Shown one piece after another: positions 13,414 to 25,368 of a stretch of 61,000 nucleotides of DNA. The notes below the pieces were generated by a model. The model had not been told where the DNA came from, made no database searches, and was given only the letters and a program-made list of their open reading frames with translations. Positions within the stretch are counted from its first letter, which is position 1. The number at the start of each line of letters is the position of its first letter. This DNA comes from Actinomycetota bacterium. GTDB lineage: Bacteria; Actinomycetota; Thermoleophilia; RBG-16-64-13. Where the stretch lies: assembly GCA_012729575.1 (NCBI GenBank), contig JAAYCW010000009.1, forward strand, positions 1 through 61,000. Reading direction: 5' to 3'. The position numbers were made by a program, and so were the translations under genes.

Positions 13414-15543
13414 GTGGCACAAGCGACCGCACATAAATCCGATGCGAAGGCGGCCCGGAAGCATCCGCTGGCGATGGTCCGCAATATCGGCATCATGGCA
13501 CATATCGATGCCGGTAAGACGACTACCACCGAGCGGATCCTCTACTACACGGGACGCACGTACAAGATCGGGGAGGTGCACGACGGCGCCGCTGTGATGG
13601 ATTGGATGGCTCAGGAGCAAGAGCGGGGCATCACCATCACGTCGGCGGCCACCACCTGCGAGTGGCGCGGTCACCGTGTTAACATAATAGACACGCCCGG
13701 GCACGTGGACTTTACTATGGAGGTGGAGCGCTCGCTGCGCGTGTTGGACGGGGCCATCGCTCTCTTCTGTTCCGTAGCTGGGGTGGAGCCCCAGTCGGAG
13801 ACCGTTTGGAGGCAGGCCGACAAGTACCGGGTGCCGCGCATAGCCTTCATCAACAAGATGGACCGGGTGGGCGCCGATTTCAAGCGGGGCGTCCAGACCA
13901 TGGTCGACCGGCTTCACGCGCGCCCGCTCGTGGTGCAGCTGCCGGTGGGACGCGAAGACCGATTCAAGGGCGTCGTTGACGTGGTGAGGATGGTCGCCTA
14001 CCTCTTCGAGGACGAAATGGGGATCGAGTGGAAAGAGGCCCCCATCCCCGATGACATGATGGAAGAGGCCGAGAAGGCGCGGATGCATCTCCTAGAGGCA
14101 CTCGCCGACCGGGACGACCAGTTGCTGACTGATTATCTGGAAGGCTCCGAGATATCGGTGGCGCGGATCAAGGCCGCCATCAGGGAGGCCACCCTCAACA
14201 TCCAACTGACCCCGGTCCTCTGCGGTTCCTCCTTTAGAAACAAAGGCGTGCAGATGTTGCTGGACGCGGTGGTGGATTATCTTCCTTCGCCGCTCGATGT
14301 TCCCCCGGTCGAGGGAGTCAATCCGCACAACGGGCAGACGGTGGTCCGGCGGGCGGCGGACGATGAGCCCTTCTCGGCCATCGCGTTCAAGATCATGTCC
14401 GACCCCTATGTGGGCAAACTGACATATTTTCGCGTGTACTCGGGCACCCTCAAGGCAGGGTCATACGTTCTGAACGCCGGCAAGGATAAGAAGGAGCGTG
14501 TGGGGCGGATCCTACAGATGCACGCGAACCACCGAGAGGATGTCGCTGAAGTCTACGCGGGCGATATTGCCGCGGCTGTTGGTCTCAAGGGCACCACGAC
14601 AGGAGATACCCTCACGGACACCGGTCATGCCGTCGTTCTGGAGGCTATCGAGTTCCCAGAACCCGTCATCTTCGTGGCTATCGAGCCCAAGACCAAGGCC
14701 GACCAGGACAGGCTCTCTGAGAGCCTCATGAAGTTGGCGGAGGAAGACCCGACCTTCCAGGTCCGTAGCGATGAAGAGACCGGTCAAACCATCATCGCCG
14801 GCATGGGAGAGTTGCACCTGGAGATCATCGTCGACAGGCTCCTGAGGGAGTTCAAGGTAGACGCGAATGTGGGCCGGCCACAGGTGGCTTACCGAGAAGG
14901 TATCACCGCGGCTGTTCCTAAGGCCGACGGCCGTTTCGTGCGGCAGACCGGCGGGCGGGGGCAGTACGGGCATGTGGTCATCAAGATGTCGCCCAACGAG
15001 TTCGGCGCCGGCTTCTTGTTCGAGAACAAGATAGTCGGAGGAGCTATACCGAAGGAATACATCCCCGCGGTGCAAACCGGGTTGCTTGAAGCCATGGAGA
15101 CGGGCGTGCTTGCCGGTTTTCCCATGGAGGATGTGAAGATCGAGCTCATCGATGGTTCATACCACGAGGTCGACTCCTCCGAGATGGCTTTCAAGATCGC
15201 GGCTTCCATAGCCTTCCGGGAGGCGGCCAAGAAAGCCGGCCCGGTCCTGCTGGAGCCTGTGGAGGACGTCGAGGTGGTCGTCCCTGAGGAATATATGGGT
15301 GATGTCATGGGAGACCTCAACTCCCGGCGCGGGCATATCCGAGGTATGGAACTCAGAGCAGGAGCCCAGGTCATTCGGGCCACGGTGCCTCTAGCGCAGA
15401 TGTTTGGGTATGCCACCGATCTTCGCTCCATGACCCAGGGGCGGGCGGTGTACACGATGCAATTCAGTCACTATGCGGAGGTGCCCGGCACTCTCGCGCA
15501 GGAGATCATCGCCCAGCAGGGCGGCAGAAGGATGGACGAATAA
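13414..15543 (+). CDS. fusA: elongation factor G
   Basis: GTG start; 709 aa; G1 [32 protein letters not shown]. Confidence 0.98.
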   Translation: MAQATAHKSDAKAARKHPLAMVRNIGIMAHIDAGKTTTTERILYYTGRTYKIGEVHDGAAVMDWMAQEQERGITITSAATTCEWRGHRVNIIDTPGHVDFTMEVERSLRVLDGAIALFCSVAGVEPQSETVWRQADKYRVPRIAFINKMDRVGADFKRGVQTMVDRLHARPLVVQLPVGREDRFKGVVDVVRMVAYLFEDEMGIEWKEAPIPDDMMEEAEKARMHLLEALADRDDQLLTDYLEGSEISVARIKAAIREATLNIQLTPVLCGSSFRNKGVQMLLDAVVDYLPSPLDVPPVEGVNPHNGQTVVRRAADDEPFSAIAFKIMSDPYVGKLTYFRVYSGTLKAGSYVLNAGKDKKERVGRILQMHANHREDVAEVYAGDIAAAVGLKGTTTGDTLTDTGHAVVLEAIEFPEPVIFVAIEPKTKADQDRLSESLMKLAEEDPTFQVRSDEETGQTIIAGMGELHLEIIVDRLLREFKVDANVGRPQVAYREGITAAVPKADGRFVRQTGGRGQYGHVVIKMSPNEFGAGFLFENKIVGGAIPKEYIPAVQTGLLEAMETGVLAGFPMEDVKIELIDGSYHEVDSSEMAFKIAASIAFREAAKKAGPVLLEPVEDVEVVVPEEYMGDVMGDLNSRRGHIRGMELRAGAQVIRATVPLAQMFGYATDLRSMTQGRAVYTMQFSHYAEVPGTLAQEIIAQQGGRRMDE

Positions 15544-15609
15544 CCAAGGCAAACCGGTCGCTGGGCTGCGGCGGCCGCCTGAGACACTCAGGTAGAAAGG
15601 GAGGACCAA

Positions 15610-16815
15610 ATGGCGAAGCAGAAATATGAGCGGACGAAGCCCCACGTCAACGTTGGCACCATCGGTCATATCGACCATGGCAAGACTACCCTGACGGCGG
15701 CCATCACCAAGTGCCTGGCAAGCTTGAATCCGAACATCCAGTTTCGTAGCTTCGATTCCATCGACAACGCTCCCGAAGAGCGCGAGCGTGGTATCACCAT
15801 CGCAACCGCTCACGTGGAGTACGAGACCGAGAAACGGCACTATGCCCACGTGGACTGCCCGGGCCATGCCGACTACATCAAGAACATGATCACCGGCGCC
15901 GCCCAGATGGACGGAGCCATCCTGGTCGTGTCTGCCGCCGATGGTCCTATGCCCCAGACCCGTGAGCACATCCTGCTCGCCCGCCAGGTGGGCGTGCCCT
16001 ACATCATTGTGTTCCTCAACAAGGCCGACATGGTCGACGATCCTGAGCTGCTCGAACTGGTCGAGATGGAAGTCCGCGAGCTGCTTACCGAGTACGAGTT
16101 CCCGGGCGACGAGATCCCGATCATCACCGGCTCCGCTCTACAGGCTCTTGAGCACGGCTGTGGCGACCGCGACTGTGAGAAGTGCGGCCCTATTTTCAAG
16201 CTCGCCGATGCCATCGACGAGTACATCCCCGAGCCCGTCCGCGCCGTCGACAAGCCGTTCCTCATGCCCATAGAGGACGTGTTCAGCATCCAGGGCCGTG
16301 GCACCGTGGTGACCGGCCGCGTGGAGCGCGGTATCGTCAAGGTGGGGGACAACGTCGAGATGGTCGGACTCCATGACGAGAGCACGAAGACGGTGGCCAC
16401 CGGCGTTGAGATGTTCCGCAGGCTGCTCGATCAGGGACAGGCCGGCGACAACATCGGCGTGCTACTTCGCGGCATCAAGCGCGAGGAAGTCGAGCGAGGC
16501 ATGGTGCTCGCGGCACCGGGCAGCATCACGCCGCATACCGAGTTCGAAGCTCAGGTCTACGTCCTGTCTCGCGAGGAAGGCGGCCGGCATACCCCGTTCT
16601 TTAACGGTTACCGTCCGCAGTTCTACTTCCGGACCACCGACGTGACGGGTGACGTGACTCTGTCCGAGGGCGTGGAGATGGTCATGCCGGGCGATCACAC
16701 TAGCATCAAAGCCAAGCTGATTACCCCTATCGCCATGGACGAGGGGCTTCGGTTCGCCATCCGCGAGGGTGGCCGGACGGTCGGCTCCGGCGCTGTTACC
16801 AAGATAATCAAGTAG
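15610..16815 (+). CDS. tuf: elongation factor Tu
   Basis: 401 aa; [31 protein letters not shown]. Contains a short Cys-rich insert (see findings). Confidence 0.98.
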   Translation: MAKQKYERTKPHVNVGTIGHIDHGKTTLTAAITKCLASLNPNIQFRSFDSIDNAPEERERGITIATAHVEYETEKRHYAHVDCPGHADYIKNMITGAAQMDGAILVVSAADGPMPQTREHILLARQVGVPYIIVFLNKADMVDDPELLELVEMEVRELLTEYEFPGDEIPIITGSALQALEHGCGDRDCEKCGPIFKLADAIDEYIPEPVRAVDKPFLMPIEDVFSIQGRGTVVTGRVERGIVKVGDNVEMVGLHDESTKTVATGVEMFRRLLDQGQAGDNIGVLLRGIKREEVERGMVLAAPGSITPHTEFEAQVYVLSREEGGRHTPFFNGYRPQFYFRTTDVTGDVTLSEGVEMVMPGDHTSIKAKLITPIAMDEGLRFAIREGGRTVGSGAVTKIIK

Positions 16816-16825
16816 GAGTCGCTCG

Positions 16826-17134
16826 GTGGCGCAACAGAAGATACGTATCAGGCTTAAGGCCTACGACCACGAGCTGGTAGACAAGAGCGCGCGGAGCATC
16901 GTCGAAACGGCTGAGCGCACGGGCGCCACCATTTCCGGCCCCGTCCCGCTACCGACTGAGAAGAACGTCTACTGCGTGATTCGGAGCCCGTTCAAGGACA
17001 AGGACTCGCGGGAGCACTTTGAGATCAGGACGCACAAGCGGCTGATCGACATCCACCAGCCCACCCCTAAGACGGTGGACTCACTGATGCGCATGGATCT
17101 GCCCGCGGGCGTAGACATAGAGATCAAACTGTGA
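16826..17134 (+). CDS. rpsJ: 30S ribosomal protein S10
   Basis: GTG start; [18 protein letters not shown]. Confidence 0.97.
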   Translation: MAQQKIRIRLKAYDHELVDKSARSIVETAERTGATISGPVPLPTEKNVYCVIRSPFKDKDSREHFEIRTHKRLIDIHQPTPKTVDSLMRMDLPAGVDIEIKL

Positions 17135-17742
17135 TGAAGACTCTGTTAGGGAAAAAGCTGGGTATGACCCAGTTCTTCAACGAGGACGGCTCGGTCGTCC
17201 GCTGTACCGTCATTCAGGCTGGGCCCTGTTTGGTCACACAGAAGAAGACGGTCGAGAACGACGGCTACGCGGCCACCCAGATCGCTTTCGGCGATGTGAA
17301 GGCCAGGAGGCTCAACAAGCCTCTTCTCGGGCATCTCAAGAAGGCCGGTGTGGATCCCAAGCGCCATCTTGTCGAGGTGCGCGGTGAGGATGATCTGGCT
17401 GTTGGGGATGCCGTGACGGTAGAGGTCTTTGCCCCGGGCGACCGGGTCAAGGTCAGTGGGGTCAGTAAGGGCAAGGGCTTCCAGGGCGTGATCAAACGGC
17501 ATGGATTCGGTGGTGGCCCCGGCTATCACGGGGCTCATTTCCACCGGGCGCCCGGTTCGATAGGGTCCTCGGCCGATCCGGCTAGGGTCTACCCCGGAAC
17601 CCGGTTGCCCGGACAGATGGGCAACGTACGTGTCACACAGACTGGTCTCACCGTGGTCAAGACCGACCTGGACAAGAACCTGGTACTGGTGAAAGGCGCG
17701 ATACCTGGGAGCAAGGGCTCCCTGGTCGTGATCAGAGGTTAG
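17131..17742 (+). CDS. rplC: 50S ribosomal protein L3
   Basis: [16 protein letters not shown]; [13 protein letters not shown]; 4-nt overlap with rpsJ. Confidence 0.97.
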   Translation: MMKTLLGKKLGMTQFFNEDGSVVRCTVIQAGPCLVTQKKTVENDGYAATQIAFGDVKARRLNKPLLGHLKKAGVDPKRHLVEVRGEDDLAVGDAVTVEVFAPGDRVKVSGVSKGKGFQGVIKRHGFGGGPGYHGAHFHRAPGSIGSSADPARVYPGTRLPGQMGNVRVTQTGLTVVKTDLDKNLVLVKGAIPGSKGSLVVIRG

Positions 17743-17745
17743 TCT

Positions 17746-18384
17746 ATGCCATCAATCGACAGAATCGATATAAACGGTGCGGTTGTCGGAAGCCATGAAT
17801 TGGCAGACGTGCTGGTGCAGGATCGGGTCAGTGTCGGCCTGCTGCACCAGGTGGTGACGGCCGAACTGGCCGGCCATCGTCAAGGTACGGCTTCGGCCAA
17901 GACCAGGAGCGAGGTGGCCGGAACGACCGCCAAGCAGTGGCGTCAGAAAGGGACGGGCCGGGCCCGCGTGGGCTCGGGCAAGGTGTCGCATTTCACCGGC
18001 GGTGGTGTGGCCTTCCCCCCGATCCCCCGCAGTTACGCGGTCAAGGTCAACAAGAAAGTCAAGGCGCAGGCCTTCCGGATGGCTCTGGCCGATCTGGTTG
18101 CAGGTGGCACGGTCCGCGTCCTTTCGGGAGCTTCGTTCGAAGAACCGTCCACCAAGAAAGCCGCAAGCATTCTTGACAAGGCGGAGCTGGAAAGACCGCT
18201 GCTGGTCCTGGTGGGTAGTGAGGAGATCGCGGCCCTCAAGAGCTTCCGCAATCTTACCGGCATTAGGGCTTTGGTCGTCGGCGAAGCTGAGGTTCAGGAC
18301 TACGTGTGGGCCAAGAGTCTCTTGTTCACCGAATCTGCGGTGGCGTTTCTTGAAGGTGGTTCCGGCGAAGGCGGTGAGCAGTAG
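17746..18384 (+). CDS. rplD: 50S ribosomal protein L4
   Basis: 212 aa; KQWRQKGTGRARVGS motif; S10-operon order. Confidence 0.96.
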   Translation: MPSIDRIDINGAVVGSHELADVLVQDRVSVGLLHQVVTAELAGHRQGTASAKTRSEVAGTTAKQWRQKGTGRARVGSGKVSHFTGGGVAFPPIPRSYAVKVNKKVKAQAFRMALADLVAGGTVRVLSGASFEEPSTKKAASILDKAELERPLLVLVGSEEIAALKSFRNLTGIRALVVGEAEVQDYVWAKSLLFTESAVAFLEGGSGEGGEQ

Positions 18385-18668
18385 TGGATGCGCGAGAGAT
18401 CATTATCCGTCCGATCATCTCTGAGAAGAGCTATCGGGCCATCGACAACAACCGCTACTCGTTCGAGGTCAACTACAGGGCGACCAAACCTCACATACGC
18501 GCCGCTGTGGAAGAGATCTTCAATGTGAAGGTCATAGGTGTGCAAACCATCAACATGAAGCCAAAACCCAAACGCAGGGGTGCTCACGTGGGCGTCACGA
18601 GGCGTTGGAAGAAGGCTGTGGTCGAGCTCGCCCCGGGCAACCGGATCGAGTTCTTCGGCGCGACGTAG
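18384..18668 (+). CDS. rplW: 50S ribosomal protein L23
   Basis: GTG start overlapping the rplD stop by 1 nt; IIRPIISEKSY...FEVNYRATKPHIRAAVEEIF. Confidence 0.96.
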   Translation: MDAREIIIRPIISEKSYRAIDNNRYSFEVNYRATKPHIRAAVEEIFNVKVIGVQTINMKPKPKRRGAHVGVTRRWKKAVVELAPGNRIEFFGAT

Positions 18669-18692
18669 TAGAAGGGAATCGGTAATAGAGAT

Positions 18693-19526
18693 ATGGCGAT
18701 AAAGAGTTACAAGCCGACGTCTCCCGGACGCAGGTTCGCGACCACCCCTGCCTTCGATGAGATCACCAAGACGAAGCCGGAGAAGGCTCTCACCCGGCCG
18801 GTGAAGCGCAAGGGCGGTCGTAACAACAACGGCCGCATTACCACTCGCCACCAGGGCGGTGGGCATAAGCGTCGCTATCGGGTAATAGATTTCAAGCGCG
18901 ACAAGGATGGTGTGCCCGGCAAGGTCACGGCGATCGAGTACGACCCGAATCGCAACTGCCGCATCGCACTGGTGGTGTACGCCGATGGAGACAAGCGCTA
19001 CATCCTGGCCCCCAACAAGGTAGGTTTGGGCAGCCCGATAGAGGCCGGCCCGGCCGCTGATATACGAGCCGGGTGCGCTCTGCCCCTGCGGAATATTCCG
19101 GTCGGTACCGTGGTTCATAACATCGAGCTCTACAAGGGACGCGGTGGGCAGATAGCCCGCTCCGCGGGTACCTCGGCCCAAGTGATGGCGAAGGAGGGTG
19201 ACTATGCCATCCTCCGTCTGCCCTCCGGAGAGATGCGCATGATCCATCTGGAATGCAGGGCTACGGTCGGTGAGATTGGCAACGCCGAGCACGAGAACCT
19301 TGTCACGGGCAAGGCCGGGCGAAAGCGCTGGATGGGGGTGCGTCCTGGAGTGCGCGGTACCACCATGAACCCGGTTGACCATCCGCATGGTGGCGGTGAG
19401 GGCTCCACTCCTCCAGGGCGGAACCCGGTGACTCCTTGGGGGGTCCCCACGCTGGGCCACAAGACTCGCAAGGCTAAGAAGCCTTCGACCAAGTACATCG
19501 TCAGACGGCGAGGAAAAGGGAGGTAA
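18693..19526 (+). CDS. rplB: 50S ribosomal protein L2
   Basis: 277 aa; [22 protein letters not shown]; [12 protein letters not shown]. Confidence 0.98.
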   Translation: MAIKSYKPTSPGRRFATTPAFDEITKTKPEKALTRPVKRKGGRNNNGRITTRHQGGGHKRRYRVIDFKRDKDGVPGKVTAIEYDPNRNCRIALVVYADGDKRYILAPNKVGLGSPIEAGPAADIRAGCALPLRNIPVGTVVHNIELYKGRGGQIARSAGTSAQVMAKEGDYAILRLPSGEMRMIHLECRATVGEIGNAEHENLVTGKAGRKRWMGVRPGVRGTTMNPVDHPHGGGEGSTPPGRNPVTPWGVPTLGHKTRKAKKPSTKYIVRRRGKGR

Positions 19527-19535
19527 TAGAGCATC

Positions 19536-19820
19536 GTGGCACGTTCAAGCAAGAAAGCTCCCTTTGTCGAAGAGCGGCTCATGCAACGGGTCGAGGCTAT
19601 GAACGAGACCGGTGAGAAGCGCATGCTCAAGACCTGGTCCCGAGCGTCCACCATATATCCCGAGATGATCGGGCATACGATCGCGGTCCACGATGGCCGC
19701 AAGCATGTGCCCATCTACATCACCGAGAGCATGGTCGGACACCGGCTCGGCGAGTTCGCGCTGACCCGTACCTTTCGCGGCCATGGTGGCAACAAAGAGC
19801 GCCGCATGAAGAGGAAGTGA
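19536..19820 (+). CDS. rpsS: 30S ribosomal protein S19
   Basis: GTG start; SKKAPFVEE...[26 protein letters not shown]. Confidence 0.97.
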   Translation: MARSSKKAPFVEERLMQRVEAMNETGEKRMLKTWSRASTIYPEMIGHTIAVHDGRKHVPIYITESMVGHRLGEFALTRTFRGHGGNKERRMKRK

Positions 19821-19823
19821 GTC

Positions 19824-20162
19824 ATGGTCAACGCGACTGCAAAGTACGTGCGGGTATCCCCGCGCAAGGCCGGTGATGTGGCCCGGCTGATCCGGGGCAA
19901 GAAGGTGGCCGAAGCCAAGGCGATCCTCTCGCTCAGTCCCCGCGCCGCCGCCAAGTTGGTGGGCAAGGTGCTCGACTCCGCGGTCGCCAACGCCGAGAAC
20001 AACCACGAACTCGACGCTGACGACCTGTATGTCGTCCAGGCTTACGTGAATGGCGGCCCAACTCTGAAGCGGTTCCGGCCGCGGGCGATGGGGCGGGCCA
20101 GCCGCATACGCAAGAGGACGAGTCATATCACAGTGAGCGTCGACGAGAAGAAGGAGTCGTAG
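19824..20162 (+). CDS. rplV: 50S ribosomal protein L22
   Basis: 112 aa; [21 protein letters not shown]. Confidence 0.97.
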   Translation: MVNATAKYVRVSPRKAGDVARLIRGKKVAEAKAILSLSPRAAAKLVGKVLDSAVANAENNHELDADDLYVVQAYVNGGPTLKRFRPRAMGRASRIRKRTSHITVSVDEKKES

Positions 20163-20165
20163 CAT

Positions 20166-20840
20166 ATGGGTCAGAAAGTTCATCCCGGAGGCATGCGGCT
20201 CGGTATCATCCACGACTGGAAGGCCCATTGGTTCACCGAGCGGCAGTTTGCCGATTTCCTCCACGAGGATCTAGCCATCCGTAGGCATATCCAGCGCAAG
20301 ATGGGACATGCCGGGCTCTCCACCATCGTTATCCGCAAGGATACGAACAAGCTGGTAGTCGACATCCACACCGCCCGACCGGGTATCGTCATCGGTAAGT
20401 CGGGTTCTGAGGTGGATGCTCTGCGGCGTGATCTACACGACCTGACGGGCAAGACCGTGCACGTCAACATCGTCGAGATCAAGCGGCCCGAACTCGACGC
20501 CAATCTGGTGGCGCAGTCGATAGCGGAACAATTGGCCAACCGGGTGAGCTTCCGACGCGCGATGAAACGGGCCATCACCTCCGCCATGCGCTCAGGCGCA
20601 GTGGGCATCAAGGTGAAGTCGGGTGGTCGGTTGGGCGGCGCTGAGATGGCCCGCATCGAAGGGTATAGCGAGGGGCGGGTGCCCCTCCATACGCTGCGGG
20701 CGGACATCGATTATGGCTTCTGTGAGGCCGATACGACCTTCGGCAAGATCGGCGTCAAAGTGTGGATAAACAAGGGTGAGATCATGCCCGAGGGATTCGA
20801 CCAAGGGTCGCGCGGGCAGACTGAGGCTCGCGTAGGGTGA
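20166..20840 (+). CDS. rpsC: 30S ribosomal protein S3
   Basis: [14 protein letters not shown]; KH domain followed by the S3 C-terminal domain. Confidence 0.97.
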   Translation: MGQKVHPGGMRLGIIHDWKAHWFTERQFADFLHEDLAIRRHIQRKMGHAGLSTIVIRKDTNKLVVDIHTARPGIVIGKSGSEVDALRRDLHDLTGKTVHVNIVEIKRPELDANLVAQSIAEQLANRVSFRRAMKRAITSAMRSGAVGIKVKSGGRLGGAEMARIEGYSEGRVPLHTLRADIDYGFCEADTTFGKIGVKVWINKGEIMPEGFDQGSRGQTEARVG

Positions 20841-20873
20841 CGGTCTTTCGTCAGCTAAGGCAAGGTTACAGAG

Positions 20874-21299
20874 ATGCTATTACCAAAACGGGTTAAACAC
20901 CGCAAGCAGCACCGGGGCCGCATGGCGGGTAAGGCCAAGGGTCAGACCACGGTCCATTTCGGTGAATACGGCTTGCAGGCTCTCGAGCCCGGTTGGATAA
21001 CCAGCCGGCAGATCGAAGCTGCTCGTATCGCCATGACCCGGAAGATCAAGCGCGGTGGGAAGGTGTGGATCAATATCTTCCCGGACAAGCCCATCACGAA
21101 GAAGCCTGCCGAGACTCGTATGGGGTCCGGGAAGGGCTCGCCCGATCAGTGGGTGGCTGTGGTGAAGCCGGGACGGGTTATGTTCGAACTGGCGGGTGTT
21201 CCTGAGGATTTGGCCAAGGAAGCCATCCGCTTGGCGGCGCACAAACTTCCTGTCAAGTGCAGATTCGCGACCAGGGAGGACGGCGGCATTGAAGGCTAA
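20874..21299 (+). CDS. rplP: 50S ribosomal protein L16
   Basis: [17 protein letters not shown]. Confidence 0.97.
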   Translation: MLLPKRVKHRKQHRGRMAGKAKGQTTVHFGEYGLQALEPGWITSRQIEAARIAMTRKIKRGGKVWINIFPDKPITKKPAETRMGSGKGSPDQWVAVVKPGRVMFELAGVPEDLAKEAIRLAAHKLPVKCRFATREDGGIEG

Positions 21300-21489
21300 G
21301 GATATTGTGGAACTCGCCGACGAGGAATTGGCCCAACGTCTGAAGCAGTCGCGTGAGGAATTGTTCAACCTGAGGTTCCAGCATGCGGCAGGCCAGCTTG
21401 AGAACACCGGTCGCCTCCGGCAGGTGCGTCAAGACATCGCCAGGATCATGACGGTGCAATCGGCCAGAGAGCGGGCGAGGGAGCTGTGA
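21289..21489 (+). CDS. rpmC: 50S ribosomal protein L29
   Basis: TTG at 21289 gives (M)[30 protein letters not shown], 66 aa, overlapping the rplP end by 11 nt. The ORF-track start at 21196 is an over-extension inside rplP. Confidence 0.9.
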   Translation: MKAKDIVELADEELAQRLKQSREELFNLRFQHAAGQLENTGRLRQVRQDIARIMTVQSARERAREL

Positions 21490-21752
21490 TGACGGAAGAA
21501 CGAACCACAAGACAGAGGGAGCGGCAGGGCGTGGTCGTCTCCGACCAGATGGACAAGACCATCGTTGTTCGGGTGAGCGCAGTAAAACCCCACGCCCAAT
21601 ACAAGAAAGTGGTCCGCAAGACCGATCGTCTGAAGGCTCACGACGAGAAGAACGAGGCCCGGATCGGAGACACGGTACTGGTGCGCGAGTGTCGGCCGCT
21701 CTCCCGGGATAAGACCTGGCGCCTGATCAAGGTGCTCCAGCGGGCCGAGTAG
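21486..21752 (+). CDS. rpsQ: 30S ribosomal protein S17
   Basis: [16 protein letters not shown]...[26 protein letters not shown] at 21486 or ATG at 21489; overlaps the rpmC stop. Confidence 0.96.
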   Translation: MMTEERTTRQRERQGVVVSDQMDKTIVVRVSAVKPHAQYKKVVRKTDRLKAHDEKNEARIGDTVLVRECRPLSRDKTWRLIKVLQRAE

Positions 21753-21780
21753 CCTGCCGGTAGGGGATGGGTGAATCACG

Positions 21781-22149
21781 ATGATACAGGTGGAGACAAG
21801 ACTTAAGGTCGCCGATAACACCGGCGCACGGGAGTTGCTCTGTATCCGCATAAAGGGCGGGTCGCAACGACGTTATGCGGGAGTGGGCGACATCATAGTG
21901 GGGGCGGTCAAGGAGGCCACCCCGGGCGGTGCCGTGAAAAAGGGCGATGTCGTTCAGGCCGTCGTGGTCCGGGTCAAGAAGGCCTACGGCCGCAAGGACG
22001 GCACCTACATCGGTTTCGATGAGAACGCTGCCGTGCTGATCGACCGTCAGATGAACCCGCGTGGTACGAGGATCTTCGGCCCCGTGGGGCGAGAATTGCG
22101 CGAGAAGAACTTCGCGAAGATCATCTCGCTGGCGCCGGAGGTGTTGTGA
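21781..22149 (+). CDS. rplN: 50S ribosomal protein L14
   Basis: [23 protein letters not shown]. Confidence 0.98.
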   Translation: MIQVETRLKVADNTGARELLCIRIKGGSQRRYAGVGDIIVGAVKEATPGGAVKKGDVVQAVVVRVKKAYGRKDGTYIGFDENAAVLIDRQMNPRGTRIFGPVGRELREKNFAKIISLAPEVL

Positions 22150-22493
22150 TGGCTCAGACCCCCGCGCGCAGCAAGAAGTTTCGGGTGAAGAAGGGCGACA
22201 CGGTCGAGGTCGTCCAAGGCAAAGAAGCCGGTAAGCGAGGCAAGGTGCTTCACGTGCTGGTGGGTGAGGAACGGATCGTGGTGGAACGAGTCAACTTCAT
22301 CAAACGGCACGTAAGACCGTCTAAAAAGACGCCGCAGGGCGGAGTCATCGAGCGCGAAGCCAGCATGCACATCAGTAACGTGAGGGTGGTCTGCCCGAGC
22401 TGCAACCAGGCCGTCCGGGTGGGCGTACGCATGGAGGGTGACGAGAAGATCCGCTTCTGCAAGAAATGCAACGTCCAGGTGGATAAGGGTTAG
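22146..22493 (+). CDS. rplX: 50S ribosomal protein L24 (with C-terminal Cys4 motif)
   Basis: KOW motif [21 protein letters not shown]. The C-terminal segment carries CPSC...CKKC. Confidence 0.96.
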   Translation: MMAQTPARSKKFRVKKGDTVEVVQGKEAGKRGKVLHVLVGEERIVVERVNFIKRHVRPSKKTPQGGVIEREASMHISNVRVVCPSCNQAVRVGVRMEGDEKIRFCKKCNVQVDKG

Positions 22494-22495
22494 CG

Positions 22496-23044
22496 ATGGC
22501 AGTTCCCAGACTCAAAGAGAAGTACCTAAGCGACATCGTACCGGCCATGCGGGAGGAGTTCGGGTACGCGAACTTGATGCAGGTGCCGAAGGTCGTCAAG
22601 GTGACCCTCAACATGGGTATAGGTGAGGGCACTCATGATGCCAAGCAGATGGAAGAAGCGGCGATCCAGCTTGGTCAGATCACAGGCCAGAAGCCGGAAG
22701 TAAGACGGGCGCGCAAGTCCGTGGCCAATTTCAAATTGCGCACCGGGATGCCTGTTGGGCTGCGGGTGACGTTGCGTGGCGATCGCATGTACGAAATGCT
22801 TGACAGGCTCATGAGTGTCGCCTTGCCTCGGATCAGAGACTTCCGCGGCGTGGCCCCCAGCGGCTTTGACGGCCGGGGGAACTACAATCTGGGCATCAAA
22901 GAGCAGATCATTTTTCCGGAGATCGATTACGACAAGATCGATCGGATCCGGGGTCTCGATGTCGCCATCACCACCACGGCGAAAACCGACGATGAGGGAC
23001 GGGCGCTCCTCAAGTTGATGGGCATGCCTTTCCGCGAGAGCTGA
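22496..23044 (+). CDS. rplE: 50S ribosomal protein L5
   Basis: [37 protein letters not shown]. Confidence 0.97.
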   Translation: MAVPRLKEKYLSDIVPAMREEFGYANLMQVPKVVKVTLNMGIGEGTHDAKQMEEAAIQLGQITGQKPEVRRARKSVANFKLRTGMPVGLRVTLRGDRMYEMLDRLMSVALPRIRDFRGVAPSGFDGRGNYNLGIKEQIIFPEIDYDKIDRIRGLDVAITTTAKTDDEGRALLKLMGMPFRES

Positions 23045-23063
23045 AGGATAGGAGCATCAGCGC

Positions 23064-23249
23064 ATGGCAAAGAAATCAATGATCGCTAAGGCACGGCGCC
23101 CGCAGAAGTACGCAGTCCGGGCCCACAACCGCTGCCTTCGCTGCGGACGGCCGCGCGGCTATGTGCGCCGCTTCGGCCTCTGCCGTATCTGTCTACGTGA
23201 GCTGGCCCATCAGGGAGTGATCCCTGGGGTCACCAAGTCGAGCTGGTAG
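23064..23249 (+). CDS. rpsN: 30S ribosomal protein S14, short Zn-ribbon (type Z) form
   Basis: 61 aa; [23 protein letters not shown]. Confidence 0.96.
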   Translation: MAKKSMIAKARRPQKYAVRAHNRCLRCGRPRGYVRRFGLCRICLRELAHQGVIPGVTKSSW

Positions 23250-23257
23250 GAGGGGTC

Positions 23258-23656
23258 ATGTCGCAAACCGATCCCATAGCCGATATGCTGACCCGTATCC
23301 GGAACGCCAACAAGGCGCTCCACGCACAGGTCGAGATGCCGGCTTCGGCGCAGAAGGTCGAGCTGGCTCGTGTCCTTCGGGACGAGGGGTACATCGCCGG
23401 CTATTCGCTGGCCAAGGGAGGCAGCTTCAACAAGCTGGTGGTCGAACTCAAGTACACTGACGGTCGTCGCCGCGTGATATCGCAGGTGAAGAGGGTCAGT
23501 AAGCCGGGTCGCCGCATCTACGCCAAGAAGGACAATCTTCCCAAGGTCCTGGGTGGACTGGGAACTGCCGTCATCTCCACGTCGCGTGGCCTGATGACTG
23601 CTCGGGAAGCTCAACGGCTGGGTGTGGGCGGCGAAGTCATCTGTTTCGTGTGGTAG
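23258..23656 (+). CDS. rpsH: 30S ribosomal protein S8
   Basis: [16 protein letters not shown]. Confidence 0.97.
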   Translation: MSQTDPIADMLTRIRNANKALHAQVEMPASAQKVELARVLRDEGYIAGYSLAKGGSFNKLVVELKYTDGRRRVISQVKRVSKPGRRIYAKKDNLPKVLGGLGTAVISTSRGLMTAREAQRLGVGGEVICFVW

Positions 23657-23660
23657 TGAT

Positions 23661-24194
23661 ATGTCTAGGATAGGTAGAGCACCCATAAGTGTCCCGGCCG
23701 GCGTGGAAGTGACCATCGCCGGCAACAACGTCGCGGTCAAAGGTCCCAAAGGGGAGCTTTCGCTCGATGTTCACCCGAAGATGCGGGTGTCGCTGGAAGA
23801 CGGGGTGATGACTGTCACCAGGCCCGACGATACCGGTGCGAACCGTTCACTCCACGGTCTCACTCGCACCCTGGTTTCCAACATGGTGACTGGGGTGACC
23901 ACCGGTTTTGAGAAGAAGTTGGAGATCCAGGGCGTTGGATACCGCGCCTCTAAGAAGGGTGCCGATCTGGAGATTCTGGTCGGTTACTCACACCCGGTAG
24001 TGGTACCGGCTCCGGAGAACATAGAATTCGATGTGCCTGTTCCCACGCAGATCGTGGTGAAAGGCATCGATAAGCAACGCGTCGGTCAGGTGGCTGCTGA
24101 GATCCGCGCTATCCGCAAACCCGAGCCTTACAAGGGCAAGGGCATCCGCTACGAGGGTGAGATGGTGCGACGCAAGGTCGGCAAGAGGGCCTAG
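23661..24194 (+). CDS. rplF: 50S ribosomal protein L6
   Basis: ATG at 23661 gives [17 protein letters not shown] (177 aa). The ORF-track start at 23622 overlaps rpsH. Confidence 0.95.
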   Translation: MSRIGRAPISVPAGVEVTIAGNNVAVKGPKGELSLDVHPKMRVSLEDGVMTVTRPDDTGANRSLHGLTRTLVSNMVTGVTTGFEKKLEIQGVGYRASKKGADLEILVGYSHPVVVPAPENIEFDVPVPTQIVVKGIDKQRVGQVAAEIRAIRKPEPYKGKGIRYEGEMVRRKVGKRA

Positions 24195-24209
24195 GAAGAG
24201 GACGAGAGT

Positions 24210-24566
24210 ATGAGTACTAAAGGCACACAGAACTCGATGCGGGCGCGACGTGCCACCCGCGTGCGCAGCAAGGTGAGGGGCACCGCGGAGCGGCCTCGTC
24301 TTTCCGTCTTCCGCTCGAACCGGGCTATCTGGGCGCAGGTCATCGATGACGGCAATGGCCGCACAATGGCAAGTGCCGCCAGTATCCATGTCGCTGAGAA
24401 GGGTTTGTCGAAGAAGGATCAAGCCACCAAGGTCGGTGAGCTGTTGGCCGAAAGAGCCAAGGCTGCCGGCATTGAGCACGTGGTGTTCGACAGAGGCCCG
24501 TATCTATATCACGGTCGAGTAAAGGCCCTGGCGGATGGTGCTCGTCAGGGTGGCCTGGATTTCTGA
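24210..24566 (+). CDS. rplR: 50S ribosomal protein L18
   Basis: [20 protein letters not shown]...[20 protein letters not shown]. Confidence 0.97.
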   Translation: MSTKGTQNSMRARRATRVRSKVRGTAERPRLSVFRSNRAIWAQVIDDGNGRTMASAASIHVAEKGLSKKDQATKVGELLAERAKAAGIEHVVFDRGPYLYHGRVKALADGARQGGLDF

Positions 24567-24585
24567 GGGAGAGAGGGGTAGCACT

Positions 24586-25170
24586 TTGGCACAGATCAAG
24601 GCAGACGCGCTCAACCTTGAGGAGAGCGTGATCCATATCAACCGCGTGGCGAAAGTGGTAAAAGGCGGCCGGCGTTTCTCGTTCACCGCGCTGGTGGCGG
24701 TCGGGGATCGGGAGAGTACGGTCGGCGTCGGCTACGGCAAGGCCAAAGAGGTACCGCTGGCTATCCAGAAGGCTATCGAAGACGCGCGTAAGAACCTGTT
24801 CGTAGTACCTAAGCATGGGAGCACCATCACCCATGAGGTATTGGGCCACTATGGGGCGGGGCGTGTGATCATGCGCCCGGCTTCTGCGGGGACCGGCGTC
24901 ATCGCAGGCGGCGGCGTGCGCGCGCTCCTCGAACTTGGCGGGATTCACGACGTCTTGACCAAGTCTCTGGGTACGACCAACCCCATAAACATGGTGCGGG
25001 CCGCCGAGCAGGGTCTCCGCTCTCTCCGCCGTCCCGAGGACATCGCGCTGCAGCGCGGCAAGACCGTCCGTGAGGTCGTCGGCAAGGGTCCGGTGGAAGA
25101 ATCCCCGTCCGTGGAGCCGGAAGCGGCGGCGGCTGTTCCCGACTCGACGGCTGCTCCTGAAGGAGAGTGA
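24586..25170 (+). CDS. rpsE: 30S ribosomal protein S5
   Basis: TTG at 24586 after GGGAGAGAGGGG; [22 protein letters not shown]. Has a low-complexity C-terminal tail. The ORF-track start at 24535 lies inside rplR. Confidence 0.93.
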   Translation: MAQIKADALNLEESVIHINRVAKVVKGGRRFSFTALVAVGDRESTVGVGYGKAKEVPLAIQKAIEDARKNLFVVPKHGSTITHEVLGHYGAGRVIMRPASAGTGVIAGGGVRALLELGGIHDVLTKSLGTTNPINMVRAAEQGLRSLRRPEDIALQRGKTVREVVGKGPVEESPSVEPEAAAAVPDSTAAPEGE

Positions 25171-25174
25171 TCCG

Positions 25175-25366
25175 ATGCTGAAGATCACACAGGTCAAGAG
25201 TCGTATCAATCGAAAGAAGGATCACAAGGCTACGTTGGACGCTCTGGGTATCAGTCGTATGGGCCAGACTGTTTATCACGAAGACACCCCGACCATCCGG
25301 GGCATGGTGCACAAGGTCTCATACATGCTCAACGTGGACGTGGTCGATATCAAGGACGAAGGATAG
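25175..25366 (+). CDS. rpmD: 50S ribosomal protein L30
   Basis: ATG at 25175 gives [26 protein letters not shown] (63 aa). The ORF-track start at 25070 lies inside rpsE. Confidence 0.93.
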   Translation: MLKITQVKSRINRKKDHKATLDALGISRMGQTVYHEDTPTIRGMVHKVSYMLNVDVVDIKDEG

Positions 25367-25368
25367 AA

